Below, piece after piece: positions 42,496-52,118 of a DNA stretch of 64,000 nt. Every line of letters begins with the position of its first letter. Within the stretch, counting starts at the first letter, position 1. The notes below the pieces were generated by a model. It was not told the origin of the DNA, ran no database searches, and was given only the letters and a program-made list of their open reading frames with translations. Both the position numbers and the translations under genes were made by a program. The DNA comes from an uncultured Acidobacteriota bacterium (GTDB taxonomy: Bacteria > Acidobacteriota > UBA6911): contig CAWHCF010000021.1 of assembly GCA_963827655.1 (NCBI GenBank), forward strand, positions 34,128 to 98,127, read 5' to 3'.

Positions 42496-43140
42496 TCAGC
42501 ACGCCTTCCTCCGCACGATCACGGCGGAGACCTTGTTCCTGACGATCCGGAGCTCGAAGGGCTGGCGGCGGCCGAGTTCCCGGCATATACCGTTCACAAG
42601 CCGAGGAAACAGCGGGAGCGGGAGAAAGGTTTTCTCCTCCTCGACCTCGAAGATGCACGATTGGAGGATTTCGAAGTGGTCCTCCGGGAAGAGAGCTTCC
42701 AGCTCGCCATTGGTGGGGCGATACATCGTATCGATCGGGTCTTCGTGGAACCGGAAGAGGTTGGGGACGGTGACCACTATGATGCCGCCCGGTCGCGTCA
42801 GGCGTTTGATACGGGTCAGGACGAGATCCCGGTCCAGGACGTGCTCCAGCAGGTTGGAGGCCAGAACGGCGTGGGCGGGCTCGAGCCCGGCGGCCTCGGG
42901 CTCCGTCGCTGGGTCGGCCAGGTTGCAGACAACATCCACGCCCTCATCCCGGCGGGCGTCCACGTGGACGATGCGCACACCCCGCCGGCGTAAAGGCCGG
43001 AAGATCTCATAGTCAATGAAGGGCTGGTGGAGCCGGCGGAAGCGCTCGGTCGAGGAGCCCACGTCCAGGAGGGTCATGCCCTCACGCAGGTCCGCTTTCT
43101 CCAAGCCGCCTCGGATCCAGATCGATTCCTCAACAAACAT
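42496..43140 (-). CDS. Class I SAM-dependent methyltransferase
   Basis: LLDVGSS, SNLLEHV, RPGGIIVVTVP and HEDPIDT motifs. Confidence 0.82.
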   Translation of the reverse strand: MFVEESIWIRGGLEKADLREGMTLLDVGSSTERFRRLHQPFIDYEIFRPLRRRGVRIVHVDARRDEGVDVVCNLADPATEPEAAGLEPAHAVLASNLLEHVLDRDLVLTRIKRLTRPGGIIVVTVPNLFRFHEDPIDTMYRPTNGELEALFPEDHFEILQSCIFEVEEEKTFLPLPLFPRLVNGICRELGRRQPFELRIVRNKVSAVIVRRKAC

Positions 43141-43289
43141 GGCTATTTTGATCGACGAGTGGCGAACCTAGCTTGGCAGACCTCCAGTTTAGTCGTCAAT
43201 CGACAATAGGCGGCCTGGTCACAAACCCCGGTGAGAAATTCGGAATAGCAAAAAATACGGGCTCCGAGTCGAGCCCTGTAGTCGCAAGG

Positions 43290-43345
43290 CTGCGGCAGCA
43301 TGCTGCCGGCTCTGGCGGGCGGTAGCTTGCGAAGCTTGCTTCGCC
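43290..43345. repeat. Short palindromes (REP-like)
   Basis: cggcagcatgctgccg and gcgaagcttgcttcgc in an intergenic region. Confidence 0.45.
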
Positions 43346-43563
43346 TCGCCTCCGCGGACGGTTTTCCAACATCTTCGAAATGATCGCAATGATGAGACGT
43401 AGAACAAACTAGTCGAGAGACGATGCTGCGCTGGAAGAGTAGTCACGGATTGACCATGCATTCCACTTTAACCGATCGGCCTGCAAAAACGGGCGCGAGA
43501 ACCTTCGAGGGTGTGATAGGTTGAGCCGGTATTTTTCCGCCAGGTGCGCCGTGAGGTGATGAT

Positions 43564-44745
43564 ATGACAATCCCGTTACCTCTGCTCAAGGGAATCCGCT
43601 GGAGCCTGTTCGTGCTGGCGCTTACGGCTTCTGCCGTCGGAGTCTCGGTCCCGGCGCGCGCGATCCGCGAATCGAGCTTCGAGCAGAAGAGTCTGCAGAG
43701 TCTCCCCGCGGCGGAGTTCTCGCGGCTGATCCAGACCCTGTCCGAGAAGGACGGCTATTTTCGTTCCGACAATTTTACCTCCAACGAAACCTCGTATCTG
43801 CACGTGGTCGGGAGGCTGCGCGAAATGGGCATCTCAGGAGGGGCCTACGTCGGGGTCGGACCGGAACAGAATTTCACCTACATAGCAAAAATCCGTCCGC
43901 ACATCGCCTTTATCGTCGACATCCGGCGCCAGGCCGTGCTTCAGCATCTCCTGTATAAGGCGCTCTTTCACATTTCGGAGAGCCGGGTCGAATTTCTCTC
44001 CGGCCTGCTAAGCCGGCCTCTCGCGGGAGATGGCGCTCCGGGGAACGGAGCCTCCCTCGAGCGCATCCTCGGGTTCTTTGGCTCGGCTGCCGCGCCCGAG
44101 ACAACCTTTACCGCGAATCTAACCCGGGTGCGAAAGATCATCGAGGAGGAGTTTCGGGTTTCGCTCTCTGAGCGTGATCAGGACCGGCTGCAGTACGTCT
44201 ACTCGACCTTTCACAAGGAGGGTCTCGAGATCGCCTTCGGTTCGGGCGGAACGAACTGGGGCTCTGGATTCCCCAATCTGAGAGATCTTATCCTGCAGCC
44301 GGACTTGAATGGAAAGCCGGGAAACTTCCTGGCCACGGACGAGGACTACCGCTTCGTTCGTGACCTTCATCTGCGAAACCTGATCGTCCCGGTAGTCGGG
44401 GACTTCGCCGGTCCAAAAGCGCTCGCCTCTGTCGGAGAATATCTGCGGACAAACGGCTATACCGTCAGCGCGTTTTACACCTCCAATGTCGAGCGGTTTC
44501 TGTTTCAGAACGACGTCTTCCAGGCCTTTGCCGAGAACGTTCGGAAACTCCCCATCGCCGCCAACAGTGTTTTTATCCGGTCGGTCTCCGGCAGGGGTCA
44601 AACCCATCCTGCCCATGTCCCCGGCCACCGCAATACCACGCTGCTACAGAAGATCTCCGTCTTCCTGACGGACTACGACCAGGGCGTCTACACCGATTAC
44701 AGGAGCCTCGTCTCCACGAACTTCATCGCCGGCAAAAAACCCTAA
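43564..44745 (+). CDS. Secreted conserved hypothetical protein
   Basis: 393-aa ORF with GAGGTG RBS and a signal peptide; SDNFTSNE, GGAYVGVGPEQNFTYI and FYTSNVE motifs. Confidence 0.75.
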   Translation: MTIPLPLLKGIRWSLFVLALTASAVGVSVPARAIRESSFEQKSLQSLPAAEFSRLIQTLSEKDGYFRSDNFTSNETSYLHVVGRLREMGISGGAYVGVGPEQNFTYIAKIRPHIAFIVDIRRQAVLQHLLYKALFHISESRVEFLSGLLSRPLAGDGAPGNGASLERILGFFGSAAAPETTFTANLTRVRKIIEEEFRVSLSERDQDRLQYVYSTFHKEGLEIAFGSGGTNWGSGFPNLRDLILQPDLNGKPGNFLATDEDYRFVRDLHLRNLIVPVVGDFAGPKALASVGEYLRTNGYTVSAFYTSNVERFLFQNDVFQAFAENVRKLPIAANSVFIRSVSGRGQTHPAHVPGHRNTTLLQKISVFLTDYDQGVYTDYRSLVSTNFIAGKKP

Positions 44746-44759
44746 CAAATACCACTAAG

Positions 44760-44990
44760 GGTTCGCGCAGAAATAAGTTCGCATTCTGCTGCAGGCCCCC
44801 AGGCCCGCTGGCGAGGCGCGAGCGACGATGCGTACCCGGCGCGGTACGTGAGGAGCGAGCAACAAAGCCAGCGGGGCTGCGGGCCGCAGCCCGAAGGGGC
44901 GCGATCCTCAGCATGCTTAGCAAACAGAAACCGGTTTATGATTGACGCCGGATTGCGCGCCAGAATGTGAAGTTATTTTCTGCGCGAGCC
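44760..44990. mobile_element. MITE (~231 bp) with ~30-bp terminal inverted repeats, inserted in a REP copy
   Basis: Left end GGTTCGCGCAGAAATAAGTTCGCATTCTG. Right end, reverse complement, GGCTCGCGCAGAAAATAACTTCACATTCTG. CTAAG is duplicated on both sides. Confidence 0.85.
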
Positions 44991-45031
44991 CTAAGAGCTC
45001 AAAGACACGAAGACACACCAAGAATCTTGCC

Positions 45032-46114
45032 CTATCGCTGGATGCGAGCCGAGCCGCCCTTTGCGAAGGCTCGCACCTGCTCCACGGTCGCCATCGTGGT
45101 GTCGCCGGGGAAAGTGGTAAGAAGCGCTCCGTGGGCCCAGCCCAGCTTGGTAGCCTCCTCCGGCGACTCGCCCGAGAGTAGACCGTAGAAAAATCCGGAT
45201 GCGAAACCGTCCCCGCCGCCGACGCGATCGAGAACGTCAAGATCGCAGCTCTGAGCGATGTGGGTTTCGCCGTTGACCCAGGATACCGCGCCCCAGCAGT
45301 GCCGGTTGGTCGAATACACCTCCCGGAGCGTGGTGGCAACGACCTTGATCTGCGGATGTCGCTCCAGAACCTTGTCGATCATCCCGAAAAAGGCGCTCGG
45401 GTCGAGCTTGGACTTGGCGGCGGCCTCGGGGCCCGAGATGCCCAATCCCTTCTGCAGGTCCTCTTCATTCCCGACCAGGACATCAACGTTCTTTACAATC
45501 CGCCCGATGACCGCCGGCGCCCGATCCCGGCCACCGGATATCCTCCAGAGCTTCTCGCGGAAATTCAGGTCGAAGGAGACGATGGCGCCGGCGGCCTTGG
45601 CCGCCTGCATACCCTCGATGATCAACTCCGCCGTCGTCTCCGAGAGGGCCGCGAAGATTCCACCGCTATGAAACCAGCGCACGCCGCCGGAGAAGATTGC
45701 CTTCCAGTCGAAGTCGCCGGGCTTGAGCCGCGCCGCCGCTTCGTTGGAGCGGTTGTAGAAGACCACAGGCGCGCGCACGCCCAGGCCGCGGTCGCTATAG
45801 ACGGCGGCGATGTTCGGGCCGGTAACTCCGTCATGTTCGAACCTCTTGTAAAAGGGCTTGACGCCCATCGCCTTCACCCGCTCGGTCACCAGATCGCCGA
45901 TCGGATAGTTCACCATTGCCGTGACGATGCCCGTCTGCATCCCGAAGCAGTCCGACAGGTTGGCGGCAACGTTGAACTCACCGCCGCTGACATGGATCTG
46001 GCAGCCGGTCGCCTTGCGGAAAGGGATGATCCCCGGGTCCAGCCGGTGGATAAGGGCGCCGAGGGACACGAAGTCCAGCGCGCCACCCTGAAGGATATTC
46101 AGACCATACTTCAT
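45032..46114 (-). CDS. kdgK: PfkB-family sugar kinase (2-keto-3-deoxygluconate kinase-like)
   Basis: GGEFNVA, SFDLNFREKLW, GNEED and DRVGGGDGFASG motifs. Confidence 0.82.
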   Translation of the reverse strand: MKYGLNILQGGALDFVSLGALIHRLDPGIIPFRKATGCQIHVSGGEFNVAANLSDCFGMQTGIVTAMVNYPIGDLVTERVKAMGVKPFYKRFEHDGVTGPNIAAVYSDRGLGVRAPVVFYNRSNEAAARLKPGDFDWKAIFSGGVRWFHSGGIFAALSETTAELIIEGMQAAKAAGAIVSFDLNFREKLWRISGGRDRAPAVIGRIVKNVDVLVGNEEDLQKGLGISGPEAAAKSKLDPSAFFGMIDKVLERHPQIKVVATTLREVYSTNRHCWGAVSWVNGETHIAQSCDLDVLDRVGGGDGFASGFFYGLLSGESPEEATKLGWAHGALLTTFPGDTTMATVEQVRAFAKGGSARIQR

Positions 46115-46253
46115 TCTCTCCTCCCTGCAAAATAAGGACACTCTCGGAGGCAGGTTCGATAAATGGTTAACCGATCCGACGGGTCGGGAATCCATTCACC
46201 CGCGCCAATCAAGAACCAACGGCCGCCCGTCCCCGGCTCCGCCGGGAATCTTT

Positions 46254-47711
46254 TCAGACGTTGTACGTCCCTGAAGCGACCCGGCCGCCGCGTCCGGTCC
46301 AATTGGTATGGAAAAACTTACCGCGAGGCGCGTCGATGCGTTCGTAGGTATGCGCGCCGAAGTAGTCCCTCTGGGCTTGCAGCAGGTTTGCGGGCAGGCG
46401 TCCCGTGCGGTACCCGTCGTAGAACGAAAGCGCCGTTGAAAAAGCAGGCGTCGGCACACCGCCCTCAATCGCCCGAACGATGGCTCGCCGCCAGGAGGCC
46501 TGGTAGTCATTCAACAGCTTGCTGAAAAAATCATCCAGAAGAAGATTCGATAGCTTCGGATTCTTGTCGTAAGCCTCCTTGATCTTTCCGAGGAAGCGGC
46601 TGCGGATAATGCAGCCGCCGCGCCACATCAGGGCGATCCCGCCCAGATTAAGATTCCACCCCTGGTCTTTGGCTGCTTCGCGCAGCAGCATGTACCCCTG
46701 CGCATAAGAAATGAGCTTGGAGCAGTAAAGGGCTCGTCGGGCGTCCTCGATAAAAATCTGGCGGTCTTGAGTCATCGAGCCTTTCGGCCCGGTCAAGACT
46801 TTCGAGGCGGCCACGCGCTCATCCTTCAATGCCGAGAGACAGCGAGCAAAAACGGCTTCGCCGATAAGGGTCACCGGCGTGCCCAGTTCCAGGGCGCTGA
46901 TGCCGGTCCATTTTCCGGTCCCCTTCTGGCCGGCGGCGTCCAGTATCTTGTCGATGAGCGGCGTTCCGTCTTCATCCTTCTTGGCGAAGATGTCGGCGGT
47001 AATTTCAATCAAGTAACTGTCCAGCTCCCCCCGGTTCCAATCTGCAAACACCTCATGAAGTTCATCCGGCTTCAGACCCAAACCCAGGCTGAGCAGGTGA
47101 TAAGCCTCGCCGATAAGCTGCATGTCGCCGTACTCGATGCCGTTGTGGACCATCTTGACGTAGTGCCCGGCGCCATTTTCTCCTACCCAGTCGCAGCAGG
47201 GCGTGCCGTCCTCGACCTTGGCCGCTATGGCCTGGAAGATTTCTTTCACGTGGGGCCAGGCGGCAGGATTTCCCCCCGGCATGATTGACGGGCCGAACCG
47301 CGCTCCTTCCTCGCCTCCCGAAACCCCGGTTCCAATGAAGAGAATTCCCTTCTCCGCGAGAGCCTTGGTCCGGCGATTGGTGTCCGGATAGTGCGAGTTG
47401 CCGCCATCGATGACGATATCTCCTTTTTCGAGATGCGGGAGCAGGCTGTCGATCATCTGGTCGACGGTCTCGCCGGCTTTTACCATCAGCATCACTCGTC
47501 GAGGCTTTTTCAGCGCCTGAACCAGTTCCGGAATCGAGTGCGTGCCCACCACCTGCGTGCCGGCGGCCTCGTTGTTGATGAAGTCGTCTACCTTGGAAAC
47601 AGTTCGGTTGAATACGGCCACCCGATAACCGTGGTCGTTCATATTCAACACCAGATTCTGTCCCATGACCGCCAACCCTATGAGTCCGATATCGCAACCG
47701 TTCTTTTGCAT
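46254..47711 (-). CDS. gnd: 6-phosphogluconate dehydrogenase, decarboxylating
   Basis: GLAVMGQN, IDGGN, GVSGGEEGA, VKMVHNGIEYGDMQ and QRDYFGAHTY motifs. Confidence 0.97.
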   Translation of the reverse strand: MQKNGCDIGLIGLAVMGQNLVLNMNDHGYRVAVFNRTVSKVDDFINNEAAGTQVVGTHSIPELVQALKKPRRVMLMVKAGETVDQMIDSLLPHLEKGDIVIDGGNSHYPDTNRRTKALAEKGILFIGTGVSGGEEGARFGPSIMPGGNPAAWPHVKEIFQAIAAKVEDGTPCCDWVGENGAGHYVKMVHNGIEYGDMQLIGEAYHLLSLGLGLKPDELHEVFADWNRGELDSYLIEITADIFAKKDEDGTPLIDKILDAAGQKGTGKWTGISALELGTPVTLIGEAVFARCLSALKDERVAASKVLTGPKGSMTQDRQIFIEDARRALYCSKLISYAQGYMLLREAAKDQGWNLNLGGIALMWRGGCIIRSRFLGKIKEAYDKNPKLSNLLLDDFFSKLLNDYQASWRRAIVRAIEGGVPTPAFSTALSFYDGYRTGRLPANLLQAQRDYFGAHTYERIDAPRGKFFHTNWTGRGGRVASGTYNV

Positions 47712-48159
47712 AAGCACTCCTGAAGAGCCGAGGAATTTTAATAAGTAGAAATTTTTATCCTTAGATCACTGGAGGAGCAAGCGAAAACTGTGAAATGGGG
47801 ACGGCCGCGCCAGGTATTCCGGGCTTCGGCCATGGAGCTGATACCGGTTTCGTGGCGTCCGGACCTCGCATCAACGGCGGCTTCGGAAAGTCCGGATAAA
47901 AGCTAACTCTTTCCCGGTCGCAGCGAATTCATCGCTGGAAAGGAGAAAAAGGTAGCCTGTCACCGATTTTTCCGTGTTATGCTTCCGCCTTCGCGCGAAG
48001 CCGATTCCCTGGTCCTTTATTGCTTGGCGACGGCTGCAGGTTAAACCCAAGAGAGATCCCCCTTCGTATCGTTCTTGGCTAACCAGCGACACACCGATGA
48101 AGCAAGACGCCTTAGAGCAGTGCAAGAGATCCGGGCGGATGTCACGGAGAAACCAGATT

Positions 48160-49494
48160 ATGCTCTTATCCCAAGTGATCCGATGCCTCAAGACTGCTAA
48201 ATCAGCTCTCCTGCTGGCCTTGGCTTTGGAATTGTTCTGGCATCCCATACCGGCTCAGGCCCAGGAACCGGGTACAACCAGGCAAGAGCTTCTGAAGCAG
48301 CAGCGTATTGCCAAGGCACAAAAGGTTCAGGACGAGCAGCAGGGTGGGTTGGAAAAGGCGGCGCTCTATATTCAAAAAGAGAAGGTTCTCGAGAGGCTGT
48401 CGCTGGGCTGGAAAGGATTTCATCCTGTGTTCGGCGGACTAGCCACGGGCTCGGGCATCGCCGGCGGCCTCCGTTTCGCTCCCAAGTTGCTGGATGGAGA
48501 TCTCGAGTTTGAAGTCCTTGGGGCTATTTCTACCCGAACCTATCAGCTCTACGAATTGAGACTCGGAGCACCCAGGCTGGGGAACGGGAGATTCTTCGCG
48601 GATTTCTACGGGAACTACCGCAGCGGCAATCGCCTGCCGTTTTTTGGTCTAGGGCCCGATTCAAGCAATCAGAATCGCACCAGCTTCTCCGCCGAGCCCT
48701 CGATTTACGATGTGACCGCGGGTGTAAATTGGACCCGGTGGTTGTCCACCGGCGTCAGAGCTGGTTATCTCCGGACCAATACCGGTCCAGGAAAAGATCC
48801 GCGCTTTCCAAGCACGGAGGATGTCTTCACCCCTGAGCAGGCGCCGGCCCTGGAAGTCCAACCTCATTTCTACCACATGGATGCCTTTCTCACAGTGGAC
48901 TACCTCGATTCCATCGGCAATCCGATGGCCGGCGGCGCCTATCAGCTCAATTATTCCTATTTTGATGATCAAAAAGTCGGCTTGCATACCTTCCGGCGCC
49001 TTGAAGCCCACGCTCAGCAGTACTTTCCTTTTTTGAACAAGAAGAGAGTCATCGCCCTCCGAGCTCGAACCTCATTAACTGATACAAGCCCCGGTCAATC
49101 GATCCCATTTTACATGCAGGAACCCCTCGGAGGGGCTGAATCTCTGCGCGGCTTCCGCGAATACCGATTCCGCGACCAGAATCTCCTGCTCTTCAACGCG
49201 GAATATCGCTGGGAGGCGTTTTCCGGTCTGGATCTGGCAATCTTCGGCGACGCCGGCAAGGTGGCGCCCCGCCGTTCGGACATCGACTTCAGCAATCTCA
49301 AAACCAGCGCCGGCTTTGGGTTCCGGTTCAACACCTTCCGGTCCGTGATCCTTAGAGTCGATGTGGGATTCAGTAATGAGGGAACCCGTATATTTTTCAA
49401 ATTCGGTCCCGCCTTCTTGATGAAAGAGGGGGATGCTCCTCCAGGATGGCGCGCTCACAACAGAAGAAAAGAACAAAAATTGCTGGGAAAATGA
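48160..49494 (+). CDS. Omp85 (BamA/TamA-family) beta-barrel without obvious POTRA domains; true end probably ~49420
   Basis: LGGAESLRGFREYRFRD, AEYRW, FGDAGKV and GFGFRF motifs. Removing one T at ~49417 ends the protein at KFGPAF*. The start is uncertain. Confidence 0.85.
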   Translation: MLLSQVIRCLKTAKSALLLALALELFWHPIPAQAQEPGTTRQELLKQQRIAKAQKVQDEQQGGLEKAALYIQKEKVLERLSLGWKGFHPVFGGLATGSGIAGGLRFAPKLLDGDLEFEVLGAISTRTYQLYELRLGAPRLGNGRFFADFYGNYRSGNRLPFFGLGPDSSNQNRTSFSAEPSIYDVTAGVNWTRWLSTGVRAGYLRTNTGPGKDPRFPSTEDVFTPEQAPALEVQPHFYHMDAFLTVDYLDSIGNPMAGGAYQLNYSYFDDQKVGLHTFRRLEAHAQQYFPFLNKKRVIALRARTSLTDTSPGQSIPFYMQEPLGGAESLRGFREYRFRDQNLLLFNAEYRWEAFSGLDLAIFGDAGKVAPRRSDIDFSNLKTSAGFGFRFNTFRSVILRVDVGFSNEGTRIFFKFGPAFLMKEGDAPPGWRAHNRRKEQKLLGK

Positions 49495-51149
49495 AGATGA
49501 AGCTGCGGATTTGCATTGCGACATCCTTCTTGGCGGGAAGCTTCGTGCTTCTGAACTGCCCGCTCACCAAGGCACAGAAGTTTCGCCCTGATGATCCCAT
49601 CTGGCAGGATGACGACACGTCAAATATTACCGCTCCAAAACGCCGCAGCCTGTCCGACTACTATGATTTCCTCGAGAACACTTTCGGCAAGCCGGGGGAC
49701 GACGCCAAGCGAAGGGCGGCGAATATCAACACTCTGGGCGAGGTCCCGGACTCGAGCTGGTTCACCAATCGTCACGGCAAGGCACCCATGTCGCTCGATG
49801 ATCTGGTTCGAGGTCCTGACACGGGAGGGCCTTCACAAACGGGTAATTGGCAGGTCACCAAGAATAAAGTCGGAGGCATCACTCCAGGGTTTCGCATCAT
49901 TGACCCAACCGGGACTACCTACCAGTTGAAGTTTGATCCTCCGACCAATGCCGAGATGGCCACCTCGGCAGAAGTTATTTGTACCAAGTTCTTCCACGCC
50001 ATCGGCTATAACGTCGCCGAGGACTACATCGTGTATTTCTCGCGCGATCAACTCGAGCTGAGCCCGAAGGCCGAATTTGAAGATCTGGTCGGGAAAATAC
50101 GTCCGATGAAGGAACAAGACTTTGATGAGATTCTCGCTCGAGCCTGGAAGGGAGCCGATGGCAAGTATCGAGCCGTGGCCAGCAAGTTTATTCCAGGGAG
50201 ATTTCTCGGGGAGTATCGATACTACGGTGTTCGCCCGGACGATCCTAACGACATCATTCCCCATGAACATCGACGCGAGCTGCGCGGATTGAGGGTTTTC
50301 AGCGCCTGGCTGAATCATGATGACTCACGCAGCATCAATACCTTCGATACTCTGGTCACCGAGAACGGGCGCCAGTTTATTCGCCACTACCTGTTTGATT
50401 TTGGTTCCACGCTGGGAAGCGCGTCTAATTTCCCTCAAAAAGCCAGAGCAGGAAACGAGTACATGTGGGAGCCGGGTCCTTCCTTCAAAACCATCTTTTC
50501 TCTGGGGCTGTGGGTACGTCCCTGGATCAAGGTGGACTATCCGAATTACCCGAGCATCGGGAATTTCGAGGCTGACTTTTTCCAGCCGGAAGAGTGGAGA
50601 CCCGAGTACCCCAATGCTGCTTTCCTTCGTATGACCGAAGAAGATGCATTCTGGGCAGCTCGCATCGTGATGGGCTTTACCGATGAGCATATCCGCGCCA
50701 TCGTCAAGGTGGGCCAGCTAACCGATCCGAAAGCAGAAGCCTATCTCACCGAGTGCTTGATCAAGCGTCGAGATAAAATCGGCCGGTACTGGTTGAACCA
50801 ACTCAATCCTCTCGATGGATTCAAGGTTGATCAAGGGTCGGTTGCATTCGACAACGCCGCCGTCAGGCTGGCCGGATCAGCCCCGGCGGAGAGCCATGAC
50901 GTTCAGTGGTACCGGTTTGACAACAGGGCCGAAAAGCGGACGGCGGTTGGGCCCAAGCAAACCGTCAAGGAGAATCGGCTCACTATTCCGGCAGAGGTTT
51001 TTGACGGAGCTGCAAGTTCGAGTGCTCAGTTTGCGGTAGTGGAAATTTCGACGCGCAGCTCAAGCCAGCCCAAATGGGCCCGGCCCGTGCATGTGTACCT
51101 GAGCAAGTCGGGGACCGCGATCAGCATCGTCGGAATCGAAAGAGACTAG
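49491..51149 (+). CDS. Secreted hypothetical protein with protein-kinase-like motifs
   Basis: Signal peptide; GGITPG, LKFD, AEV, HDDSRSINT and DFG in canonical kinase order. Confidence 0.7.
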   Translation: MKMKLRICIATSFLAGSFVLLNCPLTKAQKFRPDDPIWQDDDTSNITAPKRRSLSDYYDFLENTFGKPGDDAKRRAANINTLGEVPDSSWFTNRHGKAPMSLDDLVRGPDTGGPSQTGNWQVTKNKVGGITPGFRIIDPTGTTYQLKFDPPTNAEMATSAEVICTKFFHAIGYNVAEDYIVYFSRDQLELSPKAEFEDLVGKIRPMKEQDFDEILARAWKGADGKYRAVASKFIPGRFLGEYRYYGVRPDDPNDIIPHEHRRELRGLRVFSAWLNHDDSRSINTFDTLVTENGRQFIRHYLFDFGSTLGSASNFPQKARAGNEYMWEPGPSFKTIFSLGLWVRPWIKVDYPNYPSIGNFEADFFQPEEWRPEYPNAAFLRMTEEDAFWAARIVMGFTDEHIRAIVKVGQLTDPKAEAYLTECLIKRRDKIGRYWLNQLNPLDGFKVDQGSVAFDNAAVRLAGSAPAESHDVQWYRFDNRAEKRTAVGPKQTVKENRLTIPAEVFDGAASSSAQFAVVEISTRSSSQPKWARPVHVYLSKSGTAISIVGIERD

Positions 51150-51234
51150 TATCTGCTTAGTGGGGTCTGAGGATTTTCTTCTTAGATTTCGAAAGCTTCT
51201 GGATTCCCGGGGAAGTAAGTCGCGTGCTCAACGC

Positions 51235-51654
51235 TTACTCAAAGGAGATTCTGCCTTCCTCCGCTTGCCTTCGCTCTTCGACGGCATGGAGGCGCGGGCG
51301 ATCGCGGACTATTTCTCGCGGGTCTTCCACATGAACTCGATCCCGGGCGCGAGTGCGCTGCGCCATGCCGCGAGCAGGGCTGGGTCGTTCTCGCCCAGTT
51401 CCTCGATCGTTTGCACCAGTGCATCGACAAAGACCTCGTAGTGGCGCTTGGTGAGCCCGAGGTTTGCATGCCGGCCCGCGAGTACTTCGAGATTGGCCTT
51501 CGCCATGGAAGAATCCAGCTCGAAGTTGAGGAGTGCTCCCATCGGACCATACTTCGATGAGACCTCGCTCCCGGGCGGGAGCGAGCATCCGCTCGAACTC
51601 GTCCCTCCAGCGGACATCCTCGTGGGCGTAACTGATGAAGATGTGGTTGGTCAT
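51235..51654 (-). pseudogene. Internally deleted TIR-globin gene remnant
   Basis: MTNHIFISYAHED...EVWSD (TIR N-terminus) joins, out of frame, LAGRHANLGLTKRHYEVFVDALVQTI...AAWRSALAPGIEFM (globin F-H helices). Confidence 0.65.
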
Positions 51655-52118
51655 ACCCCTGCCTCTTTATTCTTCCCGTTGACGTGCCGAGATGGCATGA
51701 GCGTTTCCGGGAGTAAAACGCGGATGACACTCAGCGATACAAGAACCCGTCGTATCGTCCATCCGCCATCACGAAGTGGAAGCGGCAATGTGGATAGATA
51801 GAACGTGTCGCCCCTTACGGATGCCTTCTGTTTCTTCTGATATGGGTGTTATATAAACTAACTGCAGTCTGCCCGCAAGTGCCCAGAGCGCGGGACCGAT
51901 CACAAGCAGGATTTTACACCAAAAGATGTTGCAGGTTACACGGTTCCAGAGGCTTCTTCATGCGCCAAAATGCACTGTCAATTTGGACGAAGAGCCGGGC
52001 AGTTGGGCAGAATCAACCTGACTCGAACGAAGCGCGAGAGCGTGAGTCGGGCGTATCATCGAGAGCCGCGGTTCTCTTACACAAGCCTGGCGTACTCAGT
52101 CCCAAGCATCACCGACCG

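Noticed and set aside
49421-49494. C-terminal tail on the Omp85 protein
   Set aside because: One extra T hides a stop right after the expected terminal Phe.
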